The notes: generated by a model not told the origin, from the sequence alone. A DNA stretch of 59,595 nucleotides from Terrimicrobiaceae bacterium (GCA_041752695.1 JBGSVZ010000123.1:1-59595); one strand, 5' to 3'; counted from the stretch's first letter, positions 27,932 to 37,717 are shown. A program made the numbers and translations.

Positions 27932-28699
27932 TTATTTCTGCCGCGGAACGATGGCGAGGTAATTTCTCACCGTCCCGAAAGAGAAAATTTCAAAAGGCTT
28001 GGGATGGGTGTTCACCCAGAGAGCTGTGGAGGAACCGCCGTCGAGGTTGAGGGCATCGCGAATGGACCAATCACCCGGCAGCCCGGCAATTGCCGACACC
28101 TCACCGGCCTCGGCGAGGCTGAGGGGCCCGGTGGCCATGATGGCCCAGTGTCCCTTGCCATCGGTGGCCACAATACTGCGGCGCGCCTTGCGGGCGGAAT
28201 TGAGGCCGGGGACCGCCTTGCCGTCCTCCAGCAGCCATGGCCCCGCCTGGAGCGCTTCCTGGACGTCCTTGCCCGGCTTGAATGCGCCCGACCGCACCAA
28301 TTCGATCCGGCCGCCCCGCACGGCAAGGACGCCGCTCAAAAGCTTCGCTTTTTCGAAGCCATGGATTTCCTTGCCGCCGCTGACGGCGAGGCCGAGCGGG
28401 CGGTAGTCGGGGTGAAAATACCCGCCGTTGATCCCTGCGATGGCCTGCATTCCGGAGAGGATCCCGGGAAAAACGACGCGCGCTTCCGGAGGGTTATCGA
28501 CCAGCCGGAAAGTGGCTTTTCCCGAGGAGAACGACACTCCGGCGAGACGCACGGAGCCTTCCGGCCCGGTCACCATCTGCTGCCAGGCGACGCCCCCTCC
28601 CGGCAGGGTGCCGAGTTCCGTCCGTTCCCCCGCCACCCATGTGGCGTGTACCCGGGCCAGTCCCAGACAACCCAGCACGGCCATGAAAAAAAATCGCAT
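27932..28699 (-). CDS. Phosphodiester glycosidase (NAGPA/DUF2233) family secreted protein
   Basis: 'AGINGGYF', 'QAGPWLL', 'ARRSIVA', 'ALNLDGGSST'; signal peptide from ATG 28699. Confidence 0.85.
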   Translation of the reverse strand: MRFFFMAVLGCLGLARVHATWVAGERTELGTLPGGGVAWQQMVTGPEGSVRLAGVSFSSGKATFRLVDNPPEARVVFPGILSGMQAIAGINGGYFHPDYRPLGLAVSGGKEIHGFEKAKLLSGVLAVRGGRIELVRSGAFKPGKDVQEALQAGPWLLEDGKAVPGLNSARKARRSIVATDGKGHWAIMATGPLSLAEAGEVSAIAGLPGDWSIRDALNLDGGSSTALWVNTHPKPFEIFSFGTVRNYLAIVPRQK

Positions 28700-28798
28700 G
28701 CCACGATCAAATCCGGCGGCGTCCGGGCGGCAAGGGAAATCGGCGAAGGGGCGCATTCGACTTGAAAAGCGGGCCAGTTCTTTGATGGTGCCCAGGCC

Positions 28799-29608
28799 AT
28801 GCTCCGTGTTGCCACCACCGGTTTCCCTGTTTCCTGTTGTTCGATTGCCCTGCGGGACCGGCCGGTGGTCGAGGCTCTGGAGATGATAGCCGCGGCCGGG
28901 TTTGCCGCGGTGGAACTCTGGGCGGGACACTTCCAGGGGCTGCCGGCTTCCGGTCTGCGCGAACTGAGCGCCCACGGCCAACGCCTGGGTCTGCAAATAA
29001 CCGTTCTGGCTCCCTATTTCAGTTTCACGCGCGGTCCGGCGCGAGCCGCGGAATCCCTGCGCGACGCCGAGGCAGTGCTGGGAGCCGCCGTGGTGCTGGG
29101 GGTGAAAAAGATCCGGACGTTTGTGGACTGCGGCCCGGACGGGCTGGCCAGCGCTGGGGCATCGGACGCCGACTGGACTGCGGCGGCCGCGGGCTTACAG
29201 GAATTGTGTCGGCTGGATGAGGCGGTGGAGTTTGTCGTCGAAACTCATGACAATACCCTCGCGGACACCCTCCCCGCCGTGCGGCGCCTGCTCGATGCGG
29301 TGGCGAGGCCAAATCTCAGGCTGAATTTTCAGGCCAACGACGACTTTATGAAGCGGGGATTCCTGACGTGTTTGCAGGAGGTTTTTCCCGCGGTTTCCCA
29401 CATGCATTGGCAGCAGGTTGGCGTCGGCAACAAACACACCTATGTCGAAGATCCGGGAGCGGTGGATTTTGGCGAACTCGTTGCCTTCCTGAGAGGCAAA
29501 AATTACGCCGGGACGGCCTCGGTGGAATACTGCTGGCCGGATGTTCCCCCGGAGCGGATTGGCTCAGCGAGTCGATTTCTGGCGTCGCTTTTTGGCGTGT
29601 CGGCCTGA
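28799..29608 (+). CDS. Sugar phosphate isomerase/epimerase (AP-endonuclease-2 TIM barrel)
   Basis: 'AAGFAAVELW', 'VETH', 'RPNLRLNF', 'HMHW', 'G.VDF...L....Y.G..SVEY'. Confidence 0.8.
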   Translation: MLRVATTGFPVSCCSIALRDRPVVEALEMIAAAGFAAVELWAGHFQGLPASGLRELSAHGQRLGLQITVLAPYFSFTRGPARAAESLRDAEAVLGAAVVLGVKKIRTFVDCGPDGLASAGASDADWTAAAAGLQELCRLDEAVEFVVETHDNTLADTLPAVRRLLDAVARPNLRLNFQANDDFMKRGFLTCLQEVFPAVSHMHWQQVGVGNKHTYVEDPGAVDFGELVAFLRGKNYAGTASVEYCWPDVPPERIGSASRFLASLFGVSA

Positions 29609-30139
29609 TTAGTCCGCGGTCTGGAACACGACCTTGCTCACTTCCAGAAATCCCTGGCGGCCGTTCGTCGCCTTGATCTGAAAAAGGACCTTGGATACGG
29701 GATATTGCAGAGATTCCTGAGCGCCCGCCGGTTGCGCCGCTCCGGCGACGTCGATTTCAAAGGTCTGAAAATCGTCTTCGGATGGAGGCCCGAAGCGCCA
29801 GGAAAAGGCTTTTCCGGTGCCTTCGCTGCGCGCGGCCAAGGCTGTCGTGGCCGGTGAACCCTTGGCGGTGATGAGAATTTTGGAAATGGGTTGGTCGATG
29901 GCCGGAACGGTGAACTGAAAATGCGCCCAATCCGCCGTGCTGTTCTCGAAATCGTAGCTCAACCGCACCCCGGTGCCCCCCTCGGATGGCACCGCCGTGC
30001 AGGCGGCATTCTCCGCGGCATAAATGCGCGGAGGCGCCGTGAGATCGATCTCTGTCTCGCCGGCCCGGAGGGACGCCAGCCCGACCAACACGGCGACAAG
30101 AACGGGGCGCAGAGGCCGGCAGGAGCGAGGAATTTTCAT
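29609..30139 (-). CDS. Small secreted carbohydrate-binding-like (CBM11/jelly-roll) protein
   Basis: Signal peptide; 'VRLSYDF...W', 'AKGS', 'FQTFEID', 'GFLEVSKVVF'. Divergent from the isomerase operon across an operator. Confidence 0.55.
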   Translation of the reverse strand: MKIPRSCRPLRPVLVAVLVGLASLRAGETEIDLTAPPRIYAAENAACTAVPSEGGTGVRLSYDFENSTADWAHFQFTVPAIDQPISKILITAKGSPATTALAARSEGTGKAFSWRFGPPSEDDFQTFEIDVAGAAQPAGAQESLQYPVSKVLFQIKATNGRQGFLEVSKVVFQTAD

Positions 30140-30250
30140 ATGGCGCAAAAGGGAGATGGGGAAGGACCAAATGGGACGCCGTGAACCTCTCACAAACCGG
30201 CCGAATGCGCCAGCAAATTGGAAAACTTGACGTCACGGCCAGATCCTCTT

Positions 30251-30264
30251 ATCACATGTTTGAC
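30251..30264. promoter_or_regulatory. Operator ATCACATGTTTGAC, 2 bp before the isomerase ATG; TTGACG at 30227-30232
   Basis: One mismatch from the consensus; lies in a divergent intergenic region. Confidence 0.7.
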
Positions 30265-30266
30265 CT

Positions 30267-31742
30267 ATGTCCCCTGTCTCCGTCGAACGTCGTCGTCCGC
30301 TTCACGCCAAGGTTGGTTTGCTGGCCATTGGCCATCATGTGTATTGGCCGCAATTTGAGGGCCTGCTTGAGGAGATGCACCGGAAGGTGGCGCATCTAAA
30401 AGGCCGGTTGGAGGCGAACGGGGTTGAGGTGGTGGAATTTGGCATGCTGGACAACGCAGCGACGGCGTATGCGGCGGTGCCAAAAATCAAGGCGGCGGAT
30501 GTGGACATTCTTTTTGTCGATATGGCGACGTATGGCACTTCGGCGACGTTCGGTGTGCTCTGCCGGGAGATTCAGGTGCCAATCGTGCTGGTGGCGATTC
30601 AGCCGATGGCGGCGATGGATTACCCGAGGGGCACGACGCACATGCAGCTTTGCAACGACGACTTTTGTTCCGTGCCGGAGTTCACCGGGGTGGCCATTCG
30701 TTTTGGACGCCGGGTTCCTCCCTGCATCCTTGGGCATGAGGAAGGCGACCCGCAGGTGGATCGCGAGATCGGGGTCTGGTGCCAGATTGCGAAGGTCCTG
30801 CACGACCTGCGCACCGCGCGCATTGGTTTGATGGGTCACGTGCTGGAGGCGATGCTCGACATGCATTGTGATCCCACCGCGATCACTGCGGCCTTTGGGG
30901 CGCATGTTGTTTTGGTGGAACCGGGGGACATCTTTAAACATTACCAAAATCCTCCCGCCGCGGAGGTCGAGGCCTGGAAGAGGCGCATCCTGGAGTTTTT
31001 CGACACCCCGGATCCGGTCTCGGATCCCCTGACGGAAAAACTCACCGACCGCGACCTCGAAGTCGCCGCGCGCGCGGCGGTGGCTCTGGAGGGCCTCATC
31101 CAGGAAAAGAACCTCGATGGGCTCGCGTATTATTATGAAGCTGAGCCCGGGTCGGAATTACGCACGCTGGTCACCAATCTCATCGTGGGCAACTCCCTCC
31201 TCACCGGGGCGGGTTTCCCCATGTGTGGGGAGTTCGATATCAAGACCTGTGTGGCGATGATGATCATGGACCGTCTGGATATCGGGGGAAGTTTTGCGGA
31301 GTTTCATCCGGTGGATTTTGCGCAGGACAGCGTCCTGGTGGGCCACGATGGACCGCACCACATCAACATCGCCGCGAGCAAACCGGTGATCCGCAGTTTG
31401 AAAAAGTACCACGGCAAGCCGGGCTCCGGGGCCGGGGTGGAATTTCAAATCAAGGAGGGGCCGATCACCATGCTCAGCATCGGCCAGACGGCCAACGGGA
31501 AGTTCAAGTTTGTCATCGCGGAAGGGGAGTCCCTGCGCCGCCCGATCCCTCCCACGGGCAATACCAACACCCACGGCGTCTTCCAACCGAATGTGCGCCG
31601 CTTCCTCAAGAAATGGGTCGCGGAGGGGCCGACCCACCACTTCGCCCTTGGCATCGGGCACCACGCGGAAGAGTTGGTCGAAATTGCGAAAATCCTCGGG
31701 CTCGAATATGTCGTGGTGACGCCGTTCGAGTCGACCCTGTAG
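30267..31742 (+). CDS. L-fucose/L-arabinose isomerase family protein
   Basis: 'GEFDIKT', 'GGSFAEFH', 'VGHDGPHH', 'GPITMLS', 'IAEGE', 'GPTHHFALG' (AraA/FucI-like metal ligands). Confidence 0.85.
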   Translation: MSPVSVERRRPLHAKVGLLAIGHHVYWPQFEGLLEEMHRKVAHLKGRLEANGVEVVEFGMLDNAATAYAAVPKIKAADVDILFVDMATYGTSATFGVLCREIQVPIVLVAIQPMAAMDYPRGTTHMQLCNDDFCSVPEFTGVAIRFGRRVPPCILGHEEGDPQVDREIGVWCQIAKVLHDLRTARIGLMGHVLEAMLDMHCDPTAITAAFGAHVVLVEPGDIFKHYQNPPAAEVEAWKRRILEFFDTPDPVSDPLTEKLTDRDLEVAARAAVALEGLIQEKNLDGLAYYYEAEPGSELRTLVTNLIVGNSLLTGAGFPMCGEFDIKTCVAMMIMDRLDIGGSFAEFHPVDFAQDSVLVGHDGPHHINIAASKPVIRSLKKYHGKPGSGAGVEFQIKEGPITMLSIGQTANGKFKFVIAEGESLRRPIPPTGNTNTHGVFQPNVRRFLKKWVAEGPTHHFALGIGHHAEELVEIAKILGLEYVVVTPFESTL

Positions 31743-31769
31743 TCGACGCATCCTGGAGATCCCCCCCTG

Positions 31770-32558
31770 ATGACGACATCCGTGCGGCGCGAGATTTCTT
31801 ATGATGGCGGGGAGCATTCCCGGTGTGTGGGGGATGTCTTTCTGCCGGACGGCGTGGCCAAGGCGATCCCGGTTTTGCTCATCCACGGGGGAGGCTGGAA
31901 GGCGCTGGCCAAGGAGAGTTTTGAATTCATGGTGCCCTTTTTCCGGGAGGCGGGGCATCCGATTTATAACATCAACTATCGGATGCTGGGCGACGCTCCC
32001 TGGCCGGCTTGCGGTGAGGACTGTCTGACAGCTGGCCGGTTCCTCCTGGCAGGCGGACTGGCCGATCAGGGAATTCCGGCCCCGGAAAAAATTCTGGTCT
32101 GCGGCGCCTCGGCCGGCGGGCACCTTGCCATGATGACCGGCCTGGGGCTCCCGCGCAGAAACGTGGGCGCGATCTTTTCCCTGGCAGGTCCCTCGCGGAT
32201 TGACTGGGTGGCGGTGACCCGTGACCCCCTGGGGATGCATGAGAATTTTTTCGCCGATTTTTTTGGCCGGGAGGTGATGCCGGACGGACCCGAGGTCCGG
32301 GAGGCCAGTCCGTCCCTAATGGCGGGGAAGGCTCCCCCCCGGCTGTTTTGCCTGCACAGCAAAAACGACACGCTGGTTCCCCTGGCCCACTCGGAGGCGG
32401 CAAAGTCGGCCTGGGAGGCGGGAGGGGGCGTCGCGGAGATCACCGTGATGGACGGCGATGGTCCTCTGCATGGTTTTTGGATCGACGGTGACCGGGAGGG
32501 TATGCTTCGCCCGGAAGTCGGAGAGTATGTTCACCGTTCTCTGGCCCATCTTTTATGA
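31770..32558 (+). CDS. Alpha/beta-hydrolase esterase (HSL/BD-FAE-like)
   Basis: 'IHGGGW', 'INYR', 'GASAGGHLA', 'DTLVP', 'HGF'. Confidence 0.85.
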   Translation: MTTSVRREISYDGGEHSRCVGDVFLPDGVAKAIPVLLIHGGGWKALAKESFEFMVPFFREAGHPIYNINYRMLGDAPWPACGEDCLTAGRFLLAGGLADQGIPAPEKILVCGASAGGHLAMMTGLGLPRRNVGAIFSLAGPSRIDWVAVTRDPLGMHENFFADFFGREVMPDGPEVREASPSLMAGKAPPRLFCLHSKNDTLVPLAHSEAAKSAWEAGGGVAEITVMDGDGPLHGFWIDGDREGMLRPEVGEYVHRSLAHLL

Positions 32559-35029
32559 TTCCCCAAGCTCAACCCCCTGCGGGTTACCACTTCCGCGATG
32601 TGCAGCTCGAAATGAGTCTCAAGCCGTTTTGGGACAATTCCCCGGAGACCTGCGAAGCGGTGTGCCGGGAGGTGTTTCAGCAATGGCAGCCGCTGTGCCG
32701 TTTTGCCGAGTCGATTTCGGTCATGCTCTGGATCGGAGATGGGTCGGAGATTCTGGAATATCAGGGCGACGCGGACCACGCCTTCGAATGGGGGCGCTAC
32801 CATGGGTCGGCCAACGACATCCATGCGGACCCGCTCCCGGAAAAAGGCGACAAAGGCCACACGGCCATCAACGGGCATGTGATGGGGCGCGACCCCGACC
32901 GGCGGGGCGTGCACGTGCGTTCCTATCTGTATCGCCCCGAACCGGCGGTCTTTACCTTTCGATGGCTGAAAACCCTGGTCGAAACCCTCAAGCGGGTGGG
33001 GGCGGAGGTGACGGGAAAAAAAATCCTGGTGGGCGAAACCTTCGACATCGGCCCCGAGTTTGCCGTCTCGCGTTTTAAGTACGAATGGCACCGCGAGATC
33101 TGTGGCGGCGGCGCGCTTTTCGGCGGGAAATTTATTCGCTGCGACCGGACGCTGAATGGCGATGATCGCAGGTATGCAGGATTTCCCGACGGCATTCCCC
33201 ACGGCACCAGCGTGGGAACGTTCGTCGGTCGCCAGACGCACCGTTTTTTCCAGGACATCGGGTTCGATTTCCTCTGGTTGTCCAATGGGTTTGGGTTTGC
33301 GCTCGAACCGTGGGCGCTCACCGGGGCGATTTTTGATGGGGCGGAATTTCAGTCTGGGGCAGCTGAAGAAACCTCGCGCGAGATCCTGCGTTTCTGGCAC
33401 GACCTGCGGGCGGAGCTGCCGACCGCGCCGATCCGCACGCGGGGCACTAATCTGGCGACGGGCATTGATCTCGCCTCCGACGCGTCGCCGATCCGGGAGA
33501 TCTTTCGCGAGGTGCCTTTTGTGGAGGCCCCGGTAAATTCCCCCTGGGCCGCCCTCGATGGGGACATCGGGTTGGAGCTGGCCGGGTGGATGTCGCATAT
33601 CGCGAGGCTCCCGGCCCCGGGCTATCGGTATCGCTATTATATTCACGACCCCTGGTGGCTGAACAGTCCCTGGCTGGATCGCTATCAGCGCCAACCTTTT
33701 GATATCTATCTGCCGCTGGCGGTGAGCCGTCTGCTGCCGGATGGCACCGTCGAGCCGCCCTGCGATCTGGCGTTTCTTTCCATCGATGATTCCCACGGGT
33801 GTCTGCCCCCCGTGGTGCCCGTGGAGGTGACGGCCGAAATTTTCTACGCGCGCGAATTTCAACCCGACGCTCCCGCGCCGCTGGTCTGGGTTTATCCCTT
33901 CGATGCGTACCACGATCTTGTGACTGGTCCGGCCAAAAATCCGGCCCTGCCCTTTTTCGGAGATTGGTTCGTCCGGGGTTTGATCACGCACACCGTGCCG
34001 ATCAATACGGTGGTGGATTTCGCGGATGTTTCCCCCCTGCTGCAGGGGACCGTTCTGGCCGGCTCCATTTTGCTGGTGCCCGTGTTGCCCGATGCGTGCG
34101 GCATCAACGCGAAAATTCTCGCTTTCGCCCGGACCGGGGGGCGTGTCCTGATGTATGGTCCGCTGGAGGATGCCGCAGGAGTGTGCGAGGCGCTTGGACT
34201 TTCCCTGGGTGAGGCCCTCGCCGGAGATTTTATTTTGGAGGATGGAGCCCAGACGATTCGCCATCTTTCCTTTCTCAGTGCCGGAGGATGGATGGAAACC
34301 GGAGAATGCCTCGTCTCGGCCCGGCAGGACGGGCAGGCGCGTTCCGCCTGTGCCATTCGAGAATTCCCCTCAGGCGGCAAATTGGGCTGGCTGCGCGCTT
34401 CGCTCGCGACGTCGGAATACGATCCGGCGCTTGGTAACAAAGTGCTCGGTCCCCGCCTGAACGAACTTTCCGCCGACAAATTTCTCGCCACCGAAAAACT
34501 GGCCCACCTGCTCCTTGCCCGCATGGGGCTGGGGATCACGGTGCAAAAGCCGCATGCGAAGACCGCCGACCCCATGATGTGCCTGCACCGGCATCGCAAT
34601 GCGTTCGTGTTCTCCGGGTATCAGCCGGAGCCGACGGATTCCCTGACATTTCGCCTGGAACTGGGCGCCCCGATTTTCATCGGCGGCCAGAACTCCGTCG
34701 CGGATGGTTCGACCACTTATTCGGGCCCCACGGCCTGGCATCATGTCTGCCGGGTGTTTGTCCAGCAGGAGGCGACGGCGTTGGTCAGCTGCCGCATCAT
34801 CCCGCCCATCCAGCATGGCTACACCTTGCGGCTGCTGGTGAGTGGACTGAAAAATGCCACCGTGCATTTCCTTCCGGAACCCGGCTCGGAGGCAAAACTT
34901 GAGATCCTGCGGGACCCGATGTTTCCGTATTTTGTGGGGGATTTTGTCGAGCCCGTTGTCGCACAGACCGCCGCTGGCACTGTCGTCACGGTGGGCGATG
35001 TGCACGGCGAAGTGCTCTTTTCCTGGTAG
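32555..35029 (+). CDS. Large cytoplasmic hypothetical protein, probable TIM-barrel glycosidase with GATase-like trimerisation domain
   Basis: ATGA overlap with the upstream gene; 'GETFDIGPEF', 'GFDFLWLSNGFGF', 'YYIHDPWW'; 'FARTGGRVLMYG' resembles the GH42 middle domain. The ORF is confident; the function is inferred. Confidence 0.7.
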   Translation: MIPQAQPPAGYHFRDVQLEMSLKPFWDNSPETCEAVCREVFQQWQPLCRFAESISVMLWIGDGSEILEYQGDADHAFEWGRYHGSANDIHADPLPEKGDKGHTAINGHVMGRDPDRRGVHVRSYLYRPEPAVFTFRWLKTLVETLKRVGAEVTGKKILVGETFDIGPEFAVSRFKYEWHREICGGGALFGGKFIRCDRTLNGDDRRYAGFPDGIPHGTSVGTFVGRQTHRFFQDIGFDFLWLSNGFGFALEPWALTGAIFDGAEFQSGAAEETSREILRFWHDLRAELPTAPIRTRGTNLATGIDLASDASPIREIFREVPFVEAPVNSPWAALDGDIGLELAGWMSHIARLPAPGYRYRYYIHDPWWLNSPWLDRYQRQPFDIYLPLAVSRLLPDGTVEPPCDLAFLSIDDSHGCLPPVVPVEVTAEIFYAREFQPDAPAPLVWVYPFDAYHDLVTGPAKNPALPFFGDWFVRGLITHTVPINTVVDFADVSPLLQGTVLAGSILLVPVLPDACGINAKILAFARTGGRVLMYGPLEDAAGVCEALGLSLGEALAGDFILEDGAQTIRHLSFLSAGGWMETGECLVSARQDGQARSACAIREFPSGGKLGWLRASLATSEYDPALGNKVLGPRLNELSADKFLATEKLAHLLLARMGLGITVQKPHAKTADPMMCLHRHRNAFVFSGYQPEPTDSLTFRLELGAPIFIGGQNSVADGSTTYSGPTAWHHVCRVFVQQEATALVSCRIIPPIQHGYTLRLLVSGLKNATVHFLPEPGSEAKLEILRDPMFPYFVGDFVEPVVAQTAAGTVVTVGDVHGEVLFSW

Positions 35030-35030
35030 G

Positions 35031-36443
35031 TTAAAATCCGGCCTGACTGGGCACAAGCGGGGTGACCGCACCCGGTTCCTTGACGTCGAAAAAAAGCTGA
35101 TCGTAAAACGCCCGGTTGGCGGGGTCCTTCAGGAAGGCCTCTCCAATCTTCCGATCCGGCCGGGGGTCGGCCTCGATGCTGGCCTGCCTGAGGTATTTCT
35201 CGGACACATAAGCCTGGGCGTTGGCTCCGCCCTTCCAGGCGCTGGCGGAATTTTTTTGCACCTCAGCTTCATGGGGCCCGGAAAAGGCAAGTTCCTTGAG
35301 GACGGGGTCATAGTGCGCCAGTTGGAGGGAGAGAAACCGCCCTTTGACATGCTCGTTTTTTACTCCGGCCACGTTGCGGTACTCGGGGGACTCCCGGTTG
35401 CCGTTCCAGCACATTTCCTTCTGGGTTCGTACGAAACGGGCGATGTCCCCGTCGCTGAAAAGCAGGCCGTGCTGATAAAGGTGCAACGCCATGGAAAGAC
35501 TGGAGACATACCATTCGCCGTTGGGATCCGGGGCGATCCAGTTGACCTTCCAGCCATCCGGTTTGTCCGGGGACACGTCCCATTTTCCCGCTGGGCACCA
35601 GGACATCCATTCGTAATGGCCGTCCTTGACCGACAGGCAGGCTTTGAAAAATGCCCCGAGCTGGAGGGCGCGTCGAAGGTAAACGTCCTTTCCGGTCGCA
35701 CGATGGAGCCCGAGCAATCCCTCCAGCACGATGGCCATTTTTTCATGGGAAAGCGTGACCCCCGGGGGCACCGGAAACTCGAGCCCCCGATAGATGCCCC
35801 GTCCCGCCGGGAGTTCCTGAAAAAATCCGCGGGAGTCCCATTTGGGGAACAAATGGTTTTCCATCAGATCCCGCGATGCCTTGAGAACCTGTGCATTTTT
35901 CTTCGCGTATTCCGGGTTGGTCTCCGCCAGTTCGACCCACCGGGAGAGGATGGCCATGGCGCGGAAGTTCATCTGGATTTCGTCCACTTGAAGAGTCGGG
36001 TTGTCCTTCGGAATTCGCGAGGGAATGGGGGTTCCATACCAGCCGAGATAGTGATCGTTTCCGGTGGTCATGATCGCCCGGTAAAGCCCGAAGGTGTCCC
36101 GGAACTGGTCCAGGTACGTCGTGTCGCCGGTCAGTTCATAGGCGAGGTTGAGACCATTCAAAAATCGGAAGTCCACCCACGCGAAGGATTCCGGACTTTT
36201 GAGGCAGGCGGCCTGGACGTTCTCCGGCGTCCTATCCGAGGCAAACTTCACCGCATGGCCGATAAACGCCTCCAGGACAGGCCGGTCCTCCGGCGGGATT
36301 TTCCATTCCTCCCGGAAAGTCAGGGGGGCTGGTGTGTCCCTGTCCGCCGCCCACCCGGGGAGGGAAAATGCCATGATCGCTAAGAGGGAAGGCGCGATTC
36401 TGACGCGGAAAAATTTTCCGGGGAGGGATGCCTGAACGTTCAT
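35031..36443 (-). CDS. Secreted (alpha/alpha)-barrel (six-hairpin glycosidase-like) hypothetical protein
   Basis: ATG 36443 overlaps the stop of the upstream gene; signal-like 'SLLAIMAFSLPGWA'; hairpin motifs 'LAYELTGDTTYLD' and 'LHRATGKDVYLRRA'. Confidence 0.7.
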   Translation of the reverse strand: MNVQASLPGKFFRVRIAPSLLAIMAFSLPGWAADRDTPAPLTFREEWKIPPEDRPVLEAFIGHAVKFASDRTPENVQAACLKSPESFAWVDFRFLNGLNLAYELTGDTTYLDQFRDTFGLYRAIMTTGNDHYLGWYGTPIPSRIPKDNPTLQVDEIQMNFRAMAILSRWVELAETNPEYAKKNAQVLKASRDLMENHLFPKWDSRGFFQELPAGRGIYRGLEFPVPPGVTLSHEKMAIVLEGLLGLHRATGKDVYLRRALQLGAFFKACLSVKDGHYEWMSWCPAGKWDVSPDKPDGWKVNWIAPDPNGEWYVSSLSMALHLYQHGLLFSDGDIARFVRTQKEMCWNGNRESPEYRNVAGVKNEHVKGRFLSLQLAHYDPVLKELAFSGPHEAEVQKNSASAWKGGANAQAYVSEKYLRQASIEADPRPDRKIGEAFLKDPANRAFYDQLFFDVKEPGAVTPLVPSQAGF

Positions 36444-37552
36444 GGAGGCGGCTCCTGATCCTTCCCCAGGCCACGCCCGAGGATTTTCAGGGCACCGTCG
36501 AACAATCCGACATCGATGATTTCGTCCTGGGCCGTCCGCACCAGCACCAGTTTCCACTCGGGCACGATAATGCAGATATTGTTCTTGTTCCCCTGCGCCG
36601 CAAAAGCCCCCGGGGGAGCGCTCGGCCAAAGGCGTTTGCCCGCTGCGTTCGTCCCATTGGTCCACCAATTTAATCCGTAGCGGCCGGGGAGGGGCGCATA
36701 CCAACCGTTAGGATCGAAGAGCGGAATGCGGGCGTCCACCTGTGGTCTGGTCGCCTCTTCGATATACGCCTTGCTAAGGAGTTGCTGACCCTGCCAGTTC
36801 CCCTCATTGGCCAAGAGCCAGCCGAAACGGGCGAGATTTTGCGCGCTCATGTGCATGCCATTCTCCGGCATTCCGGCCCCACCGTTGATGACCAACCCGT
36901 CGCGGGTATGGACACTTTTCCATTCCCACCCTTGCGGATCCATCCCGATGGGATCGGCGATCCGACGCCGGAAAAGGTCCCGCAGGGGTTCTCCGGCGAT
37001 TCTGGTGAGGAGGTAGGCCAGCAAATCGGTCTCGGGCGAGTAGTGAAGAGCCGCTCCCGGGGCAAAATTGGGGGCACCGGGATCGAGGGTCAGATTTTCC
37101 AGGTGCAGCCCGCTGGTGAAGGTGGCCAGATGTCGCAGGGTGACATTCGGATAATCTTTCGCCAGCTCCGGCCAATGCCGGGCAGCGAGATCGTCGGGCG
37201 AGCATTTCCCATCCTCCCAAAGCAGCCCCAGGCAGGTGCTGGTGAACGATTTGGTGCAGGACCAGATGATATCTTTTCGGGAAACCCGCTCGCCCGCCCA
37301 GAGCTGATAGCCTTGGTGGACAATCATTGTTCCCGCATTGCCCTCCCGGCCCACCACCGATTCCAGAGACGCGAGCGCCTCCGCCACTTGAGCGGCCGGA
37401 ATCACCTTGGCCCCGGGCCCCGGGGACCACTGTTGGCCGGGGAAAACCGATTCGGTCGCAGCAAGGGACGGGAGCGTGGCAAGAGTGGTCACGGTGAGAA
37501 GAAGAGGACGGAGGAACGCCACGATTTTGGGGTGGAATATTGCCTCAGGCAC
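36440..37552 (-). CDS. Secreted serine hydrolase (class C beta-lactamase fold)
   Basis: SxxK 'WSCTKS', 'TLRHLATFTSG', 'PG..LHYS', 'LARFG', 'YGLNWW'; signal peptide. Confidence 0.85.
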   Translation of the reverse strand: MPEAIFHPKIVAFLRPLLLTVTTLATLPSLAATESVFPGQQWSPGPGAKVIPAAQVAEALASLESVVGREGNAGTMIVHQGYQLWAGERVSRKDIIWSCTKSFTSTCLGLLWEDGKCSPDDLAARHWPELAKDYPNVTLRHLATFTSGLHLENLTLDPGAPNFAPGAALHYSPETDLLAYLLTRIAGEPLRDLFRRRIADPIGMDPQGWEWKSVHTRDGLVINGGAGMPENGMHMSAQNLARFGWLLANEGNWQGQQLLSKAYIEEATRPQVDARIPLFDPNGWYAPLPGRYGLNWWTNGTNAAGKRLWPSAPPGAFAAQGNKNNICIIVPEWKLVLVRTAQDEIIDVGLFDGALKILGRGLGKDQEPPP

Positions 37553-37593
37553 GATTACGCCGCCCTCGGAGGGTAAATTTTTTCGGGATTTTT

Positions 37594-37612
37594 ATCACAG
37601 GTTTGATATAAT
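37594..37612. promoter_or_regulatory. Operator ATCACAGGTTTGAT (37594-37607) overlapping a perfect TATAAT (37607-37612)
   Basis: In the divergent intergenic region between two serine hydrolases. Confidence 0.75.
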
Positions 37613-37717
37613 ATGGTCTTCTTTTGCTGGGAAACTCAAAATGAAAAGCCGGATTTTGCTCTGCCTTTGGCCCTGCCGCGATGAACATTTGTTTTTCCGG
37701 GACGGTGGGGACCGGAG

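Noticed and set aside
36444..36704. Extended N-termini given by the ORF track (for example 35031-36704, 27932-28996, 53394-54194, 253-912)
   Set aside because: The extensions overlap neighbouring genes or precede the evident signal peptide or family start, so downstream starts were used.
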